Origin: Octopus bimaculoides | Taxonomy: Eukaryota | Assembly (NCBI RefSeq): GCF_001194135.2 | Contig: NC_068981.1 | Location: 62,245,945-62,309,944 of the forward strand | Direction: 5' to 3' | DNA length: 64,000 nt | Shown here: positions 51,771 to 64,000 of the stretch, one piece after another | Layout: each line of letters starts with the position of its first letter | Numbering within the stretch: position 1 is the first letter of the stretch | Program-made: the position numbers and the translations under genes | Notes under the pieces: model-generated | What the model was told of the DNA's origin: nothing | What the model saw: the letters and a program-made list of their open reading frames with translations, nothing else | Database searches by the model: none

Positions 51771-51958
51771 AGCAAGTAATTCCGAGGTATGGTAAGTTTA
51801 TTACATCGACGCGGTGTTCAACTGGTACTTATGTTATTGACCTCAAGAAGATGAAATAGAAAACCAACCTCGGCACGATTTGAACTCGGAATATAAAGAT
51901 GAACGAAATGCTGTTACGTATTTTGCCCAGTGATTTGGCGATTCTACCAGCTCTCTGC
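51771..51958 (-). mobile_element. Degenerate CORE-type SINE
   Basis: Collinear with the 60391-61035 copies (gagctggtagaatcgcc head, gagttcaaatc B-box, tttcatcttcttgaggtcaataacataagtaccag core). Confidence 0.75.
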
Positions 51959-52782
51959 TTTATTCGTAAGTTAAATATTAATTCTTGAATTACAGAGTTC
52001 TATGTCTGTAATAAAAAGTGTTTTTCTCGTATCCCCTTTCCAATGGCCACTTTCACGTTATTGTACATGTGTTTCACATAGCTATTTTAAGTTTCTTGTT
52101 GAACAATATTTTCTAGTATATAGAAGTGATTTTGACACCGCAATAAATAAATTTATCATGTGGCCATTAAAATTTATTGTAATCTTTGACACTAAGTATC
52201 TCCAGAGAATGATAAAATAATTCGAGTCCGACCTTTCATATGTTTTGGATGCATTTTACATTGAAAAGGATAACTGGATAAAGTCTAAGGGACATTAATG
52301 AACGGTGTACATTTTGTTTTTCATTTCGAAAGTTAGCTAAGTTTCTAAGGTAATTTAACTATATTCGTCTCAAAGTAGCCTTTATGCATTATTGATTGCT
52401 GAAAAGATGGTAATGTTTAATACCAAGTGATTTTTCGGTGCACATTGTTTTTATTTGGTGAATTTTTCGCGATAATATTTGCATGACCTGCACAGTTGTC
52501 ATGTTCAATTTCTCTGAAGTTCTGATGTAAATTGTGCGGTTTTGGTGGCTTCGTCGTGTACATTTTTTTATGTCAATGAAAAGGGAGCTCTGGCCATTGG
52601 AACAAGCTACATTTAGTATACTATTTAATAGTTTCCTGTTTATTTATTCGATCTTTATAATTGGCTTGAAACAATACGGTTCCTAATTCTCATAATCCAC
52701 TTAAACTAGGTAAAGTTTTCGATCTGCCCATTTGGATGAAATAACTGCGTTTTGCAATGAGTAGCAAAGTATCATGTAAATA

Positions 52783-54014
52783 TTACGTCGTCAAGTATGA
52801 AATTTGTAGTAAGGAATATGGTAAACTTTGACAGCTGCTCATTTTGCGCCATTATTATATTTTGACTTTATTTTTTGTTAGAAAGCTGACACATCTAATT
52901 CCTTATTCTAACTCATTTTGCGCTTTATATAGTATTTATAAATCGTATTTTGCTATTTTTCTTTAGAGGTGGATAAGTTGGAAATTCGTAGTTTTGAAAT
53001 ATGAGTTCTTTCTTGGAAATACAGTATCACAGAGAGCTCGGAATATTAATGGAGTATTTCATTCTAATGTTATTACACAGCAGACAGTATCAAATTTGTT
53101 TGCAAAGTTTCGTTCTGGTAAATTTGACCTCAGAAATGAGCAACGCGGTTCACCAGAAACAAAGGTGGATAATGACGAACTGAAAGCTACCATCGAGTCA
53201 GATCCATTTCAAAGTGCACGTGAATTATCGTTGTTGTTTGGTATTAGCAAGCAAACAATATTGACTCACCTAGTTCAAATCGGTAAATTGAAAAAGTTGG
53301 ATAAGTGGGTTCCACGTGAACTCAATGAAAATCGGAAACAGCAAGGTTTGGAATCTTGCATTATGCTACTTTCTCGTCACATAAATGAATTATTTTTGAT
53401 TCGCATTGTAAAATGTGATGCGAAATGAATCCAATATAACAGCTGTAAACGTTCAGCGTTTTGTCAACAATGGCTGGACAAAGACAGGCCACCAAAACAC
53501 AGTCCGAAAAGCAACATTCATCAAAAGTAAGCCGATGTGTACTTGGCGGTCTGGCGCAGGTGTGATACATTATGACAACTAGACCAAATGATTCAGAAAC
53601 TTACAAAACAGTCTAGATTAGTCAACAGATCCACTCTTATGTTATTGCAAGACCACGTCAGACAACACATTGCAAATATGACATTGTTAAAACCATAGGA
53701 GTTGGAGTTGGAAGTTCTCTCTCAACCACCATACTTGATCTTGTGTCCTCTGACTACCACTTCTTCCAGAATTTGGATAACTTTTTGATAGGAAAAAATT
53801 AATTCCGACGATGCTGTAAAACAGGCCTTCCAAGATTTTATTGACTCTAGATTGCCAGGCTTTTACAGTTTTTGGACAAGATGCCGCTGAAATGGCAAAA
53901 GTGTATTGAAAATATGGGTTCATGCTTTGATGAATAAAACTATTCCTTGTATTTATAAAACATTAGTAAACGTCTTTTTTTTCTTTTCTATAAATTTCAT
54001 ACTTGATGACCTAA
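52783..54014 (+). mobile_element. Full-length mariner transposon (Hsmar1/cecropia-like), transposase pseudogene
   Basis: TIRs ttacgtcgtcaagtatgaaattt and (rc) ttaggtcatcaagtatgaaattt with TA both sides. ORF 52994-53428 has FRSG.FDL....R and KKLDKWVPREL; decayed DEKW, DNARPH and SDYHFF follow. Confidence 0.93.
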
Positions 54015-54857
54015 TACTTTCTTAATTAACCAAATAGTCAATATCAGGTGTAAAACTTATAGCAACATAGTTTCATGGTTAGTGTAATTTACACTCACCT
54101 CGAGTTATTCTTTTTTCCCAAGAATTCCACATAAAATAGCAATGCTGACAACTAAAGTTGGTTTTCACCATGATCCACATTAGATTTCCTTATAGCTAAA
54201 GCCACAAAGCTTCAGGCATTATTTAACCTGGCAAAATTATTCAACCAGGCGTTATAGTTTTGAGCAGTGAGTTTCTGGCTGTGTATGTTTTTTTAAATTA
54301 TTATCTAATTTATTTTGGGATTTCAATAAATTTGGATATAACAATGCCTTCATTGATTCGATTCCCTATCTAGAGGCATTGATCCGATTCCCTATCTATC
54401 AGGAAGTTGGGTAGTATACTTCACCAGCAAAAGACAGACATTGCTCTGGCTTTATAGTTTTGAACAACAGTTTATATATATATATGTTACGGAGATGTAC
54501 TTACAAAGCAAGTGACCTTATCTGAGACCGCGTGCTGAAGCAAAAACAAATGCAGTGTGGAAGATGTTTTTAAATTGTTTATAAACACACCTTCCACGTT
54601 GCAATTATATATACGAGGATGTGTGTGTGTTTGTGTGTGTGTGTGTTTGTGTGTGTGTGTAATTTTCACAAAGACTTTTAAATATCTCTCTATTCTCTTT
54701 TCTCTCCCTTCCTCCTTCACCGTTTTCTATCTGTTTCTCTCTTTCCATCTCTCTCTCCCTCTCTCTCGTTGTTCACACATAACCATCATCTATCTTTCCT
54801 TTCCCTAAGTGACCATATTTCTTTTCCTGCACGGACGATCAAAAGAGCGGACTTGTT

Positions 54858-54861
<4 letters not shown>

Positions 54862-54931
<70 letters not shown>
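54862..54931. repeat. (CT)n microsatellite
   Basis: Directly visible. Confidence 0.97.
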
Positions 54932-54935
<4 letters not shown>

Positions 54936-55409
54936 ATTTCCTCTTTTCAAAAAAAAAAATTTCCCAGCGTTCACAATTTTCCTCTCGTTTTGGTCTAATG
55001 ACCCTCCATGTTTGTTTTCATTCGGTTTCCTTGTATGTCTCTACTGTCATCATTTTGTTTCCAACTTTAACCCTCCATAAATCTTAAATTTTATTTTAGA
55101 ATTTATGGTAGCAACTCTCTTTGAAGACTCATATTGTCGTTGAATGTTCGAAATGAGGAGTAAATAGGCAGACAACAACTGATGAAGGCTCCTTTCTCTG
55201 TGCTTTCTTGAACTGTTTTCCATTTTTTCTCGTTATATACGTATTTAACTCGTTTGTTTGCATATTTCATGTTGTTTTCACCGGTTGGTGACGTCCTGTA
55301 CACACATATGAATGTATATGTGTGTGTGTGTAAGTGTGTAGATGTGTGTGTGCTTGTGTATGTGTGTGTGTGTGCATGTGTGCGCGTGTGTATGTGTGTG
55401 TCTTTGTGT

Positions 55410-55620
55410 GTGCCTTACCTCAGTCATCACTTGACAACCGGTGTTGGTGTGTTTACGTCCTCGCAAACTAGCGTTTCGGCAAAAAAGAGTGATAGAATAA
55501 GTACTAGGCTTTAAAATGTGTCCTGTGGTGGAATTTTTCGACAAAAACACTTAAATGCGGTTTTCTAGCATGGCCACAGTCAAATGACTAAAACAAGTAA
55601 CAGAATAAAAGCAAAGAATA
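55410..55620 (+). mobile_element. 3' part of a SINE ending in the CR1-group-like tail
   Basis: After (GT)n: cttgacaaccggtgttggtgtgtttacgtcc...gcggttttctagcatggccacagtcaaatgactaaaacaag followed by an A-rich tail. Confidence 0.65.
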
Positions 55621-56967
55621 AAATTCAATTTCTTGGGCTACATTTGGATTTTTTAAATCTATTTCAAGCATAAATACGCCGTAGTCTTTGAATATACAAC
55701 AAAAAGATGAGCATATAATATCGAAATCAATCAGTGTGTTAACTGATTTCTTTTATAAACAGGTTTTCCGAGATTATTAGCTATTATTCATGGAAAACGA
55801 ATCTGTCCTTTTTGCGAATAGAAAAATTTGGGGGGAACAAACCAGTGCTTCCACTGTTCACGTCAATCCCTTGAATATTATTTCTAATAATGCCAAAAAT
55901 TGTATGCACGAATTGTATCATAATATCGGTATCTGATTACCATTGACATATTCCTATACAAAGTAAAACTATTCATCCTGGATTCCTAGGATATCAGTGC
56001 GTATTTATAAATCGTGGAAAATAACGAAGTTTGGTATTGCATTGCGCAACACCTGATCTATAAATCATGTAAGTACGGAATCGACAACGAATAGATATTT
56101 TGTTCTTATGTTTCTCCCGCTCTTTGCTGAATATTATACTATCTTTGTATATCAAAATTACAAAAATAGCAAACGGCACCAAACACATCCTGTCTTCCCT
56201 CAGAAGAAATCATTTTCTATTGTCAGATAAAATATAAAATATTTAGAAAACAATATTTTTATATTACCATCACTATTGAGAGTGAAAATTTGGGAAGATG
56301 CACTTGCAGATTATTAATTCAAATGGAAGTTGTAACAACATCCTTGCATGTAAATTCTTCTGGGCTGTCTTCAAATTATTTTCTAGCAATTTAACCAATA
56401 TGACGAATGACTTTGCCCAATTACCATATTCTCAAAAAATATAGAACACAACATCCGTTTAGCTGTGTGAAAGATAATTTTATTTCGCAGCTGTGTAGTT
56501 TCACATTCGAGCCTACTTCAGGTCACATTTGGTATCTCATAGCTTTTTGAAATTTTACGTATATACTCTGATAGACATCAGCTGTGTGGAAGCCTGTCGG
56601 GGAACCGCTTTTTCTTATACGGTAGATGTAATCCATGATATTTACCTCTTGCATCACTTCAAACGAGTTCACTCACTTATGAGAATTCGGATTTGGTTTT
56701 GTGTCTGAGAGTACGATTCTCCCTTCTCCCATCCTATAAAAGGAACCATAATCACAACACTACCATCTAGACTGCGCCATTTAATATAGGTCTTAACGAA
56801 TTATAGAAGTAAGCTTTACAAATCTTTCAATAAATATCTTTATCAATATCATTATTATATTCCCACAATCGAACTGATATATCCACTTAATAAAAGAACA
56901 AAATCTACTCCAGTACTTTTTTTAAATATTTTATGTGTGTGTGCGCGCGTGCGTGCGTGCGTGTGTG

Positions 56968-57043
<76 letters not shown>

Positions 57044-58421
57044 GGGGATTGTCAGGGGAGGATGATATCTATGAAACTCGGAGTGTCACCACGCAAAGTA
57101 AATCAGTAGTAGATAATGTAGTTTCTGCAGCAGCATTTGTAATACTTGATTAAATTCTAGAAAAGATCTGAGACATGTGAATGCACTCAGAAGATGTTAT
57201 ATAAATGATGAAATAGACAGCAATTATTTAAGAAACAAAGATAGCTATGTTTATTAATGGTCTAAAAGGATTTCGTGTATCATATTACATGACTTTGCAA
57301 AATCTGCGCACACAAGAAACCGACTTTGAACATATAGAGTTAAAATACATACACACAAACATACGTATATGCACATACATAGATATGTGAATACACTTAT
57401 ATATAGCTGCTTGTAAGAGAAACTACATAGTATCGACAGCTGTGGCGTTCAGCTGTACAATGGTTTATTCAAAACCAATAACAAACACCGCATTTATGAT
57501 CAAGTATTTTGGAACTTTCATATTCCTTACCATAATCGTCATCTAGCCAACCTACTAAGCATGTTTTCAATTAATAGACTTGTCCTTTTGTTATTATTCT
57601 TTATCCATCGTCAGCCTTGTTCCAGCAGACTCATTAATATTTATCAGATGTCAAGTTAATATTGATATTTCCAGATGTAATATTTATGAGATAAGGAATG
57701 CCTAAGAGTACACTAACTTTTTAAGATGTTAACGGAGCAGGAACATAGAGGTCTCTCTAAAATTCTATAATTGTTCTTTTATTGAAAGTGAAGAATTGTG
57801 ATTCATAATCTCTACAGCGTTCTCGATGTGCCAAATGTGTCAACGAGGGTTAACCCTAATTTTGTTAATATTAGTATGTATACCCATTTTCCAATATGCT
57901 ATCAAATACTCACCTGGATGAGCCAATATTTGGAAGTTCTTACATATTTGCAGGATACTGTATTCTGAGTGAAAATTGCATTGTTCATTAATTTCTCCGT
58001 GCCAAGTATCTCAAGGCTTTCTCGACATTTAAAATGATTGTCACGTCTTTCGAGAAGTATTGGAGACAATATACTATATATGTGTAATAATATTACATCA
58101 GTTGCTTTTCATAACGCACCAGCAATGATTATTATGCACCGAGATTTATCAACTTTCATTGAAAAAATCGTTTTGTATGCTTTGTAAGTTATGCTTTATG
58201 AATACATCTTGGGAATAACTGTCAGTGGAGAATTTCCAAAAAGTTGAAAGAAGATTTATCACGTGTTCAATGTGATATAAAGAGAGGAATCTTGAATAAC
58301 ACTTTTGTGTACACTCATTTAAGGTGGATATCTCGGAAAATCATTTTGCAAGTCGTGTTTTTTTTTTATATTCAACTGTGTACCTTCATAAGTATAAACC
58401 GTTTCATTAAGATGAGTTATC

Positions 58422-58458
<37 letters not shown>

Positions 58459-60149
58459 GTAGTAGTGAAATGGATTTGGAGCACAGTTTGATTTGCATAA
58501 AGTTCCTACAGTTTGCAGAAAATTTCAATGCCTATCGAGATTGCCGCGAAAGAACAAGTAGATGAACTATTTCAGATAAGAGCCTACTCATTTATAAAAC
58601 CAACCTGAAAATTTCATTTTGAAGCATTTTGTAGCAATGACTTACCTTAAAGAATGGTTTATCTACTCTATGTTGAAGCAGAAATTATAAATATAAAAAT
58701 GAACTTGTTATAAACATTCATCGAAAGAAGCAAATATCAAGGTAAATGCGTAGCTCAAATATAAAGCTTTAGTGGCGTGAACTGCTAGAGCAATAAATAT
58801 TCACACCTGAAAATCTAAATATTAGAGCAGCTGCCGAAACCTTTTCATTGTATTTCACTGTTCCGATAAGGGCGAATATAGATTTAACCATAAAATTCTG
58901 GTAAACAAACATAATAGATTCAAAATCATTGGATACTGCGGTTCACAATAATACTCATACTTACTGGTCATCAGTACATATCGTAAGAAAAATATACTTA
59001 AGTCAAATAAACGGTCTTATATAAAACGTTATCCTTTAATTTATTTGTATTTTACTATTAACGCAACTCGTATCATTATCTATTTCTCTAGATTTCAGCA
59101 TATTATATAAAATATACCTTCCTTTGTAGGGTATTATGGGCTTCTCGTTTTCAATTATATCGTAAATGAACTAGCTTTAACTGCTCGTAGTATTCTTATT
59201 ATACGCTATTTATATTCAGATAGCACCCAACTAGATATTTGCATAAATTAAAGAAATGTCATAATATATTTAACAAAATAGAAAATTCACTCTACTGCTA
59301 ATACTATTCCGCAATTTCGAATTGGAGGTATGCTAAAAGTGAGAGTTTGTTGTGTTTCCATTCCTAAAATGAATCAAATGCAACTTTATTTATCATTAAC
59401 AATGTTTGAAGTAATAAATATTGGGCTAAGTTAGAAGTTTATTACAGAAAATGCGTTTAGAATCTTATCAATATATATATCATTATTGGTACATTATTTG
59501 ATAGATGCACATATGATTTTCAATCACGAATAGTTTCCATAAAGATGTTTATCTGTAATAAAAACATGTTTTTTTTTTTAATCTTGAATATTGTATATAA
59601 CTTTTAATGTTTTACATTGGTTATCATAGATAATTTTCATGATGAAAGCATATTTCGTAAATCTTTTTTATTTCACTCCGTGATTACCATGCGATCTTAT
59701 TTTATGGCGAGTCATTGTTTCTGTAAGTTTATGATGAGGTCAAACAAGTTTAAACGTTGGGGAAACGATAATTAGAACAACGTCGTTGTTTTTGAATAAA
59801 TGTTTCCTGGAAATTCTATACGAATTGAGGTCACTAAATTTAAATCTAGTAGCCATTAACCAAACCAGCTTTTCCGATCCTGCTGTACGAACGTTTTACA
59901 CCGCCTCCAGTCACTTCGGATCCAGTAGGTGGCAATGTGGTTTTGAGAAGATCTCGAAATAAGGTTTTGGGAATTCGATGATCAGTCAGTTACTATAGAC
60001 GCTTGTTGCAGTACAGGTGGTGTTTTGGGGGTTACAAACATTTATACATGGATAGGAGCCGGATGGACAGATTTCACGCTTCCGGAAATATTCTTTTGTA
60101 CATCACACTCATTAATGTTGGTGATAGATTTGAATAATGTCCCAGATGA

Positions 60150-60356
60150 TCCCATCTCCTTCAATTAGGAGCACCCTCAAGATTGGTCCTTTTACACTGG
60201 CCATTCTTCCAACATTCACCCACCTTTCAACACACGTGCTAGAAAGCAAACATTTCCTTGTCCATTCTCAACTTCCTTTTCAAGTTAAACTTGAAAAAGT
60301 TGATGAGGGCTCGCCATAGAGGCAAATGTCTGTCTTTAGCCCTTTCAAACGGGTTA
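60150..60356 (-). mobile_element. Probable L1/Tx1-type LINE ORF2 C-terminal fragment
   Basis: RLKGLKTDICLYG-ALINFFKFNLKRKLRMDKE....ERWVNVGRMA with one frameshift, resembling Tx1 C-termini; cut at an (AAT)n tract. Confidence 0.45.
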
Positions 60357-60390
60357 ATAATAATAATATTAATAATAATAATAATAATAA

Positions 60391-61035
60391 GCTGAAATTT
60401 TTGAAACAAAGGCAGCTTGGGGGAAGGGATTAAGTCGATTACTTCGACCTCAGTGTTTCACTGGTACTTAATTCATCGACCCCGGAATGATGAAAGGGAA
60501 AGTCGACCTCGGCGGAATTTGAACTCAAAACGTAGCAATGGGCAAAATGCCGCTAAGTATTTCGGCCGACGTACTAACGATTCTGCCAACTGGCCAACTT
60601 CGACCAGCTCGCCAATAACAATAATGACTATTATTATTTCAAAATTTTGCTACAAGGGCAGCTTGGGGGAGGTGGGGAGGTGGGGATGAGTCGATTGCAT
60701 CGACCCAGTTTTCAGCTGGTACATATTTTATCGACCCCGAAGGATGAAAGGCAAAGTCGACCTCGGAATTTGAACGCAGAACGTAGCGACGGGCGAAATA
60801 CAGCTCAACATTTCGTCCAGCATGATAACGATTCTGCCAGCTCACAGCCTTAATATTAATAATATTAATAATCCTTTCTACTATAGGCACAAGACCTGGA
60901 ATTTGAAGGGAGGGGGATGGTCGATCACATTGATTGACACTGTTACTTGACTGGTACTTAATTTATCAACCCTGAAAGGATGAAATGCAAAGCTGACATC
61001 GGCGGAATTTGAATTCAGAAATGCCAGTTCGCTGC
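60391..61035 (-). mobile_element. Three tandem CORE-type tRNA SINEs
   Basis: Three head-to-tail copies (~60391-60595, 60640-60848, 60870-61035), each with gagttcaaattccgccgaggtcgactttgcctttcatcc..ggggtcgat..aagtaccag, separated by AAT-rich spacers. Confidence 0.9.
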
Positions 61036-61038
61036 TTT

Positions 61039-61039
61039 G

Positions 61040-61115
<76 letters not shown>

Positions 61116-61292
61116 TGATGATGATGGTGATGGTGGTGATAATAATAATGAGAAGAAGAAGAAGAAGAAGAAGAAGAAGAAGAAGAAGAAGAAGAAGAAG
61201 AAGAAGAAGAAGAAGAAGAAGAAGAAGAAGAAGAAGAAGAAGAAGAAGAAGAAGAAGAAGAAGAAGAAGAAGAAGAAGAAGAAGAAGAAGAA
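61039..61292. repeat. Compound (AAT)n-(GAT/GGT)n-(GAA)n microsatellite
   Basis: Directly visible. Confidence 0.97.
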
Positions 61293-62682
61293 ATGAATTC
61301 TGATTCTTTTAATAAACGAGAAGAAATGCTTATTGCTCAGAATTATTTTTATTCATTGTTTATTTATTTTTTTTTTTTTTNNNNNNNNNNTTTTTTTTTT
61401 TTTTGTAAATATTAGATACAATGTCAAATACGTATTTCATTGAAACATATCGAGCGAATTCTGTCACTGGCTTTTGAGACATTTCGAAATTTTCCGCCAA
61501 TAGGGCAATGTAGATTTGTCTTTACAATTTTCTGGACCGCCGTTAAATGTTCTTGCAAAATGTTGACATGTGTGTACACCGCATCGGTAATTATAGAGTA
61601 CAACATAAAGTTGGACACAATTAGAAGAACATTTCAAATCATTTGCACATTTCTGCCAACCTGAAATCAAGAAAAGAAATATTTATGAATATATATACAA
61701 GTATTTAAGGACATATTATTTTGCACTGACATAAGACACAACCATATTTAATGGCTATGTCTAAGGGAAGATATCAAAATTGATCCAAGTGTTATTAGCT
61801 TGGTATTTAGCTTTCTTTTTTAGATATCTCTTAATCCAATACATTCTGCATTCATTCTTATAATGATGCAAATCTTTCAATAATTATATTTCGTTATATA
61901 GTCCAGGTAAAATTGAGTCTAATGTCACAGGTATATACAATACATGCTCAAGTTCACTCACCACCTAAAACAGTAACTTGAACAGCGACTAAAACAAAAC
62001 ATGGCTACATACACTAAAACCTAATGGCGAAAAACACGAACGCAACTAATCAAGCAGCACGTGACTACTAACGTATGTAGCAAACGATAAAAAAAACTGT
62101 GATTGGAAGTCCACATGAACTCAGCTAGTATATGAGAGACAGCGTATACACCAAATATATTCAATTCTTGAAAAAGGGAAATGTTTTCAAACTGACTATA
62201 AAACAGCCATTAGATTATAGGAAAACTCTAGAATAATAGAAATGATCAAACTTGACGACACTAAACTATAAACGAACACACAATATCACCATATAACAGC
62301 AAAAAAAAACTGTTGAACAAAATTCCAGTAGACATCGATAGAACGGCAAATACGCACGGAAATAAGAGATTGGAAAGATAAACCCCGAAATCATATAGTT
62401 AAAGAAAGAAATTCATAAAAAATGTCTGTGCCTAAACCAGAATAGTTCCTGCTGTGCATTACATAAAATAACAATGCGTTCTACAGGATACATTCAGCAA
62501 TTTATCAAAATATGCACCCCTCAATAGCACTCCTCAAACTCAGGGCTAACTTTTATTTACAGACTGCAGAGATATCTACATAAAAAAATATATGAATTTA
62601 CAACCTACCGAATATTTATTGAAGTCACATTACTAAACCAAAAGTTAAAGAACATGAATGATAAAAGCATTTTTTTTAAATA

Positions 62683-63560
62683 TAGTTTCAGCTTAGAGCT
62701 GCGGCCATGCTGATGCACCGCCGTGTTGCTACACTGTTATTACAGGGAGCCTCTTACAATATGTGGCACTTGGTGAAGAATGGAGTTTGATTTAGCAACC
62801 CTCATTTGCACCTCCTGCCGCGAGGTAGGTTCATCTGGGACTCTCGACAGGAAGAGGTCCAACTTTGATTTTAAAAACCCCTACATCTACTTTGTGCAGG
62901 TTCCTCAGGCTCTTTGGGAGAATATTAAAAAGCTGTGGGCCCCTGAAACCCAAACTGTTGCAGTANNNNNNNNNNNNNNNNNNNNNNNNNNNNNNNNNNN
63001 NNNNNNNNNNNNNNNNNNNNNNNNNNNNNNNNNNNNNNNNNNNNNNNNNNNNNNNNNNNNNNNNNNNNNNNNNNNNNNNNNNNNNNNNNNNNNNNNNNNN
63101 NNNNNNNNNNNNNNNNNNNNNNNNNNNNNNNNNNNNNNNNNNNNNNNNNNNNNNNNNNNNNNNNNNNNNNNNNNNNNNNNNNNNNNNNNNNNNNNNNNNN
63201 NNNNNNNNNNNNNNNNNNNNNNNNNNNNNNNNNNNNNNNNNNNNNNNNTCCTTATCTCTGGTTCTGAATGTTCTCAGGATCCATCCAGCCAATCGTCTGC
63301 ACTTTGTTGCCATCCTGGTAATGTGCACTTGGAAAGAGGTATCATCACTCATGTCGATACCCAGGTCTCTCACTGATTTAGGCTCTGGGATTGAAATTCC
63401 CTGCGGACCAGTGTACTCTGTAGGTTTCATATTCAGTTTTGGACGTTGGTAGCGCAGGGCTTGGAATTTTTCAGCATTAAACTGCAGATTATTATCCTCA
63501 GCCCATCTGTAAACAGAGTCCAACTCCTGCTGCAGGTGTGCAACATCACTGGAGTTCTGT
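62683..63560 (-). mobile_element. CR1/L2-group LINE, 5'-truncated, with intact 3' tail (spans an N gap)
   Basis: ORF 62831-63523: WAEDNNLQFNAEKFQ, SVRDLGI, WILRTFRTR, YCNSLGFRGPQLFNILP. 3' end ggcggtgcatcagcatggccgcagctctaagctgaaacta followed by an A-rich run. Confidence 0.9.
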
Positions 63561-63967
63561 ATTTTGAAGACTCATTTCATGATGACCGTGATGACAGTCT
63601 CAGAAAATATCAAACAAATATTACCAAACAATCTTTTAAAACATACAAGATAGCGGCATCATAAAAAGTTTATGAGTAGCAAAAGTAATCTGTTTGTAAT
63701 CATAGATAGAGACGATTAAAATACGAAAATTAATAATTTACGCTGCGGCATAAACAAATTAACTAAGATCAAGAAATATAAAACAGAATGAGATTAAAGT
63801 AATTACTGCAAGCAATGACAGCACGATTAAGATCACCTTAATTCACAAACATTGTTTGAAATATTTCTACAGCTAGCGCGCCCACATGAACTCAGCTAGC
63901 ATATGAGAGACAACGTATACACCAAATATGTTCAATTCTTGAAAAGGGGAAATGTTGAATACTAACA

Positions 63968-64000
<33 letters not shown>

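Noticed and set aside
55600-58900. Minus-strand open frames and strong donor-like sites (cag|gtgagt ~57910, aag|gtaagt ~58645) suggesting host exons
   Set aside because: No consistent acceptor-ORF-donor chain, in-frame stops throughout and no recognisable domain.
60391-61035. CRISPR-like repeat-spacer array
   Set aside because: The units are ~200-bp SINEs with Pol III boxes in eukaryotic DNA; there are no short identical repeats or cas genes.

Overview
AT-rich animal genomic DNA from a draft assembly. It has 11 N-gaps (about 5457-6151, 6854-7209, 13243-13657, 31404-31744, 34537-34645, 41278-41856, 47118-47413, 48647-48771, 49589-50459, 61381-61390, 62966-63248), most of them flanked by (TA)n. 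The repeat content (CORE-type and other tRNA-derived SINEs, very dense TA/GT/AAT microsatellites) resembles an octopus genome; this is inference. I can support no host protein-coding gene, tRNA, rRNA or CRISPR array. The window is dominated by decayed transposable elements: CR1/L2-group LINEs (3), R4/Dong-like REL-endonuclease retrotransposons (4 pieces), a near full-length RTE LINE with three C-terminal C2H2 fingers, two Penelope-like fragments, an L1/Tx1-like end, a rearranged internally deleted Gypsy element, two full-length mariners, a maT-like (DD37D-type) transposon, a MITE and many SINEs. The most interesting signals are: (i) a nearly intact type I hammerhead-ribozyme motif at 15355-15446 (-) plus four decayed hammerhead-like motifs, one possibly linked to a Pol III-type head (retrozyme/SINE-like); (ii) a SINE and a LINE sharing a 3' tail inside the window; (iii) stacks of (AAT)n-targeting retroelements; (iv) inversions bounded by perfect 23-24 bp inverted repeats. 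All analysis was done by eye; no searches were run.
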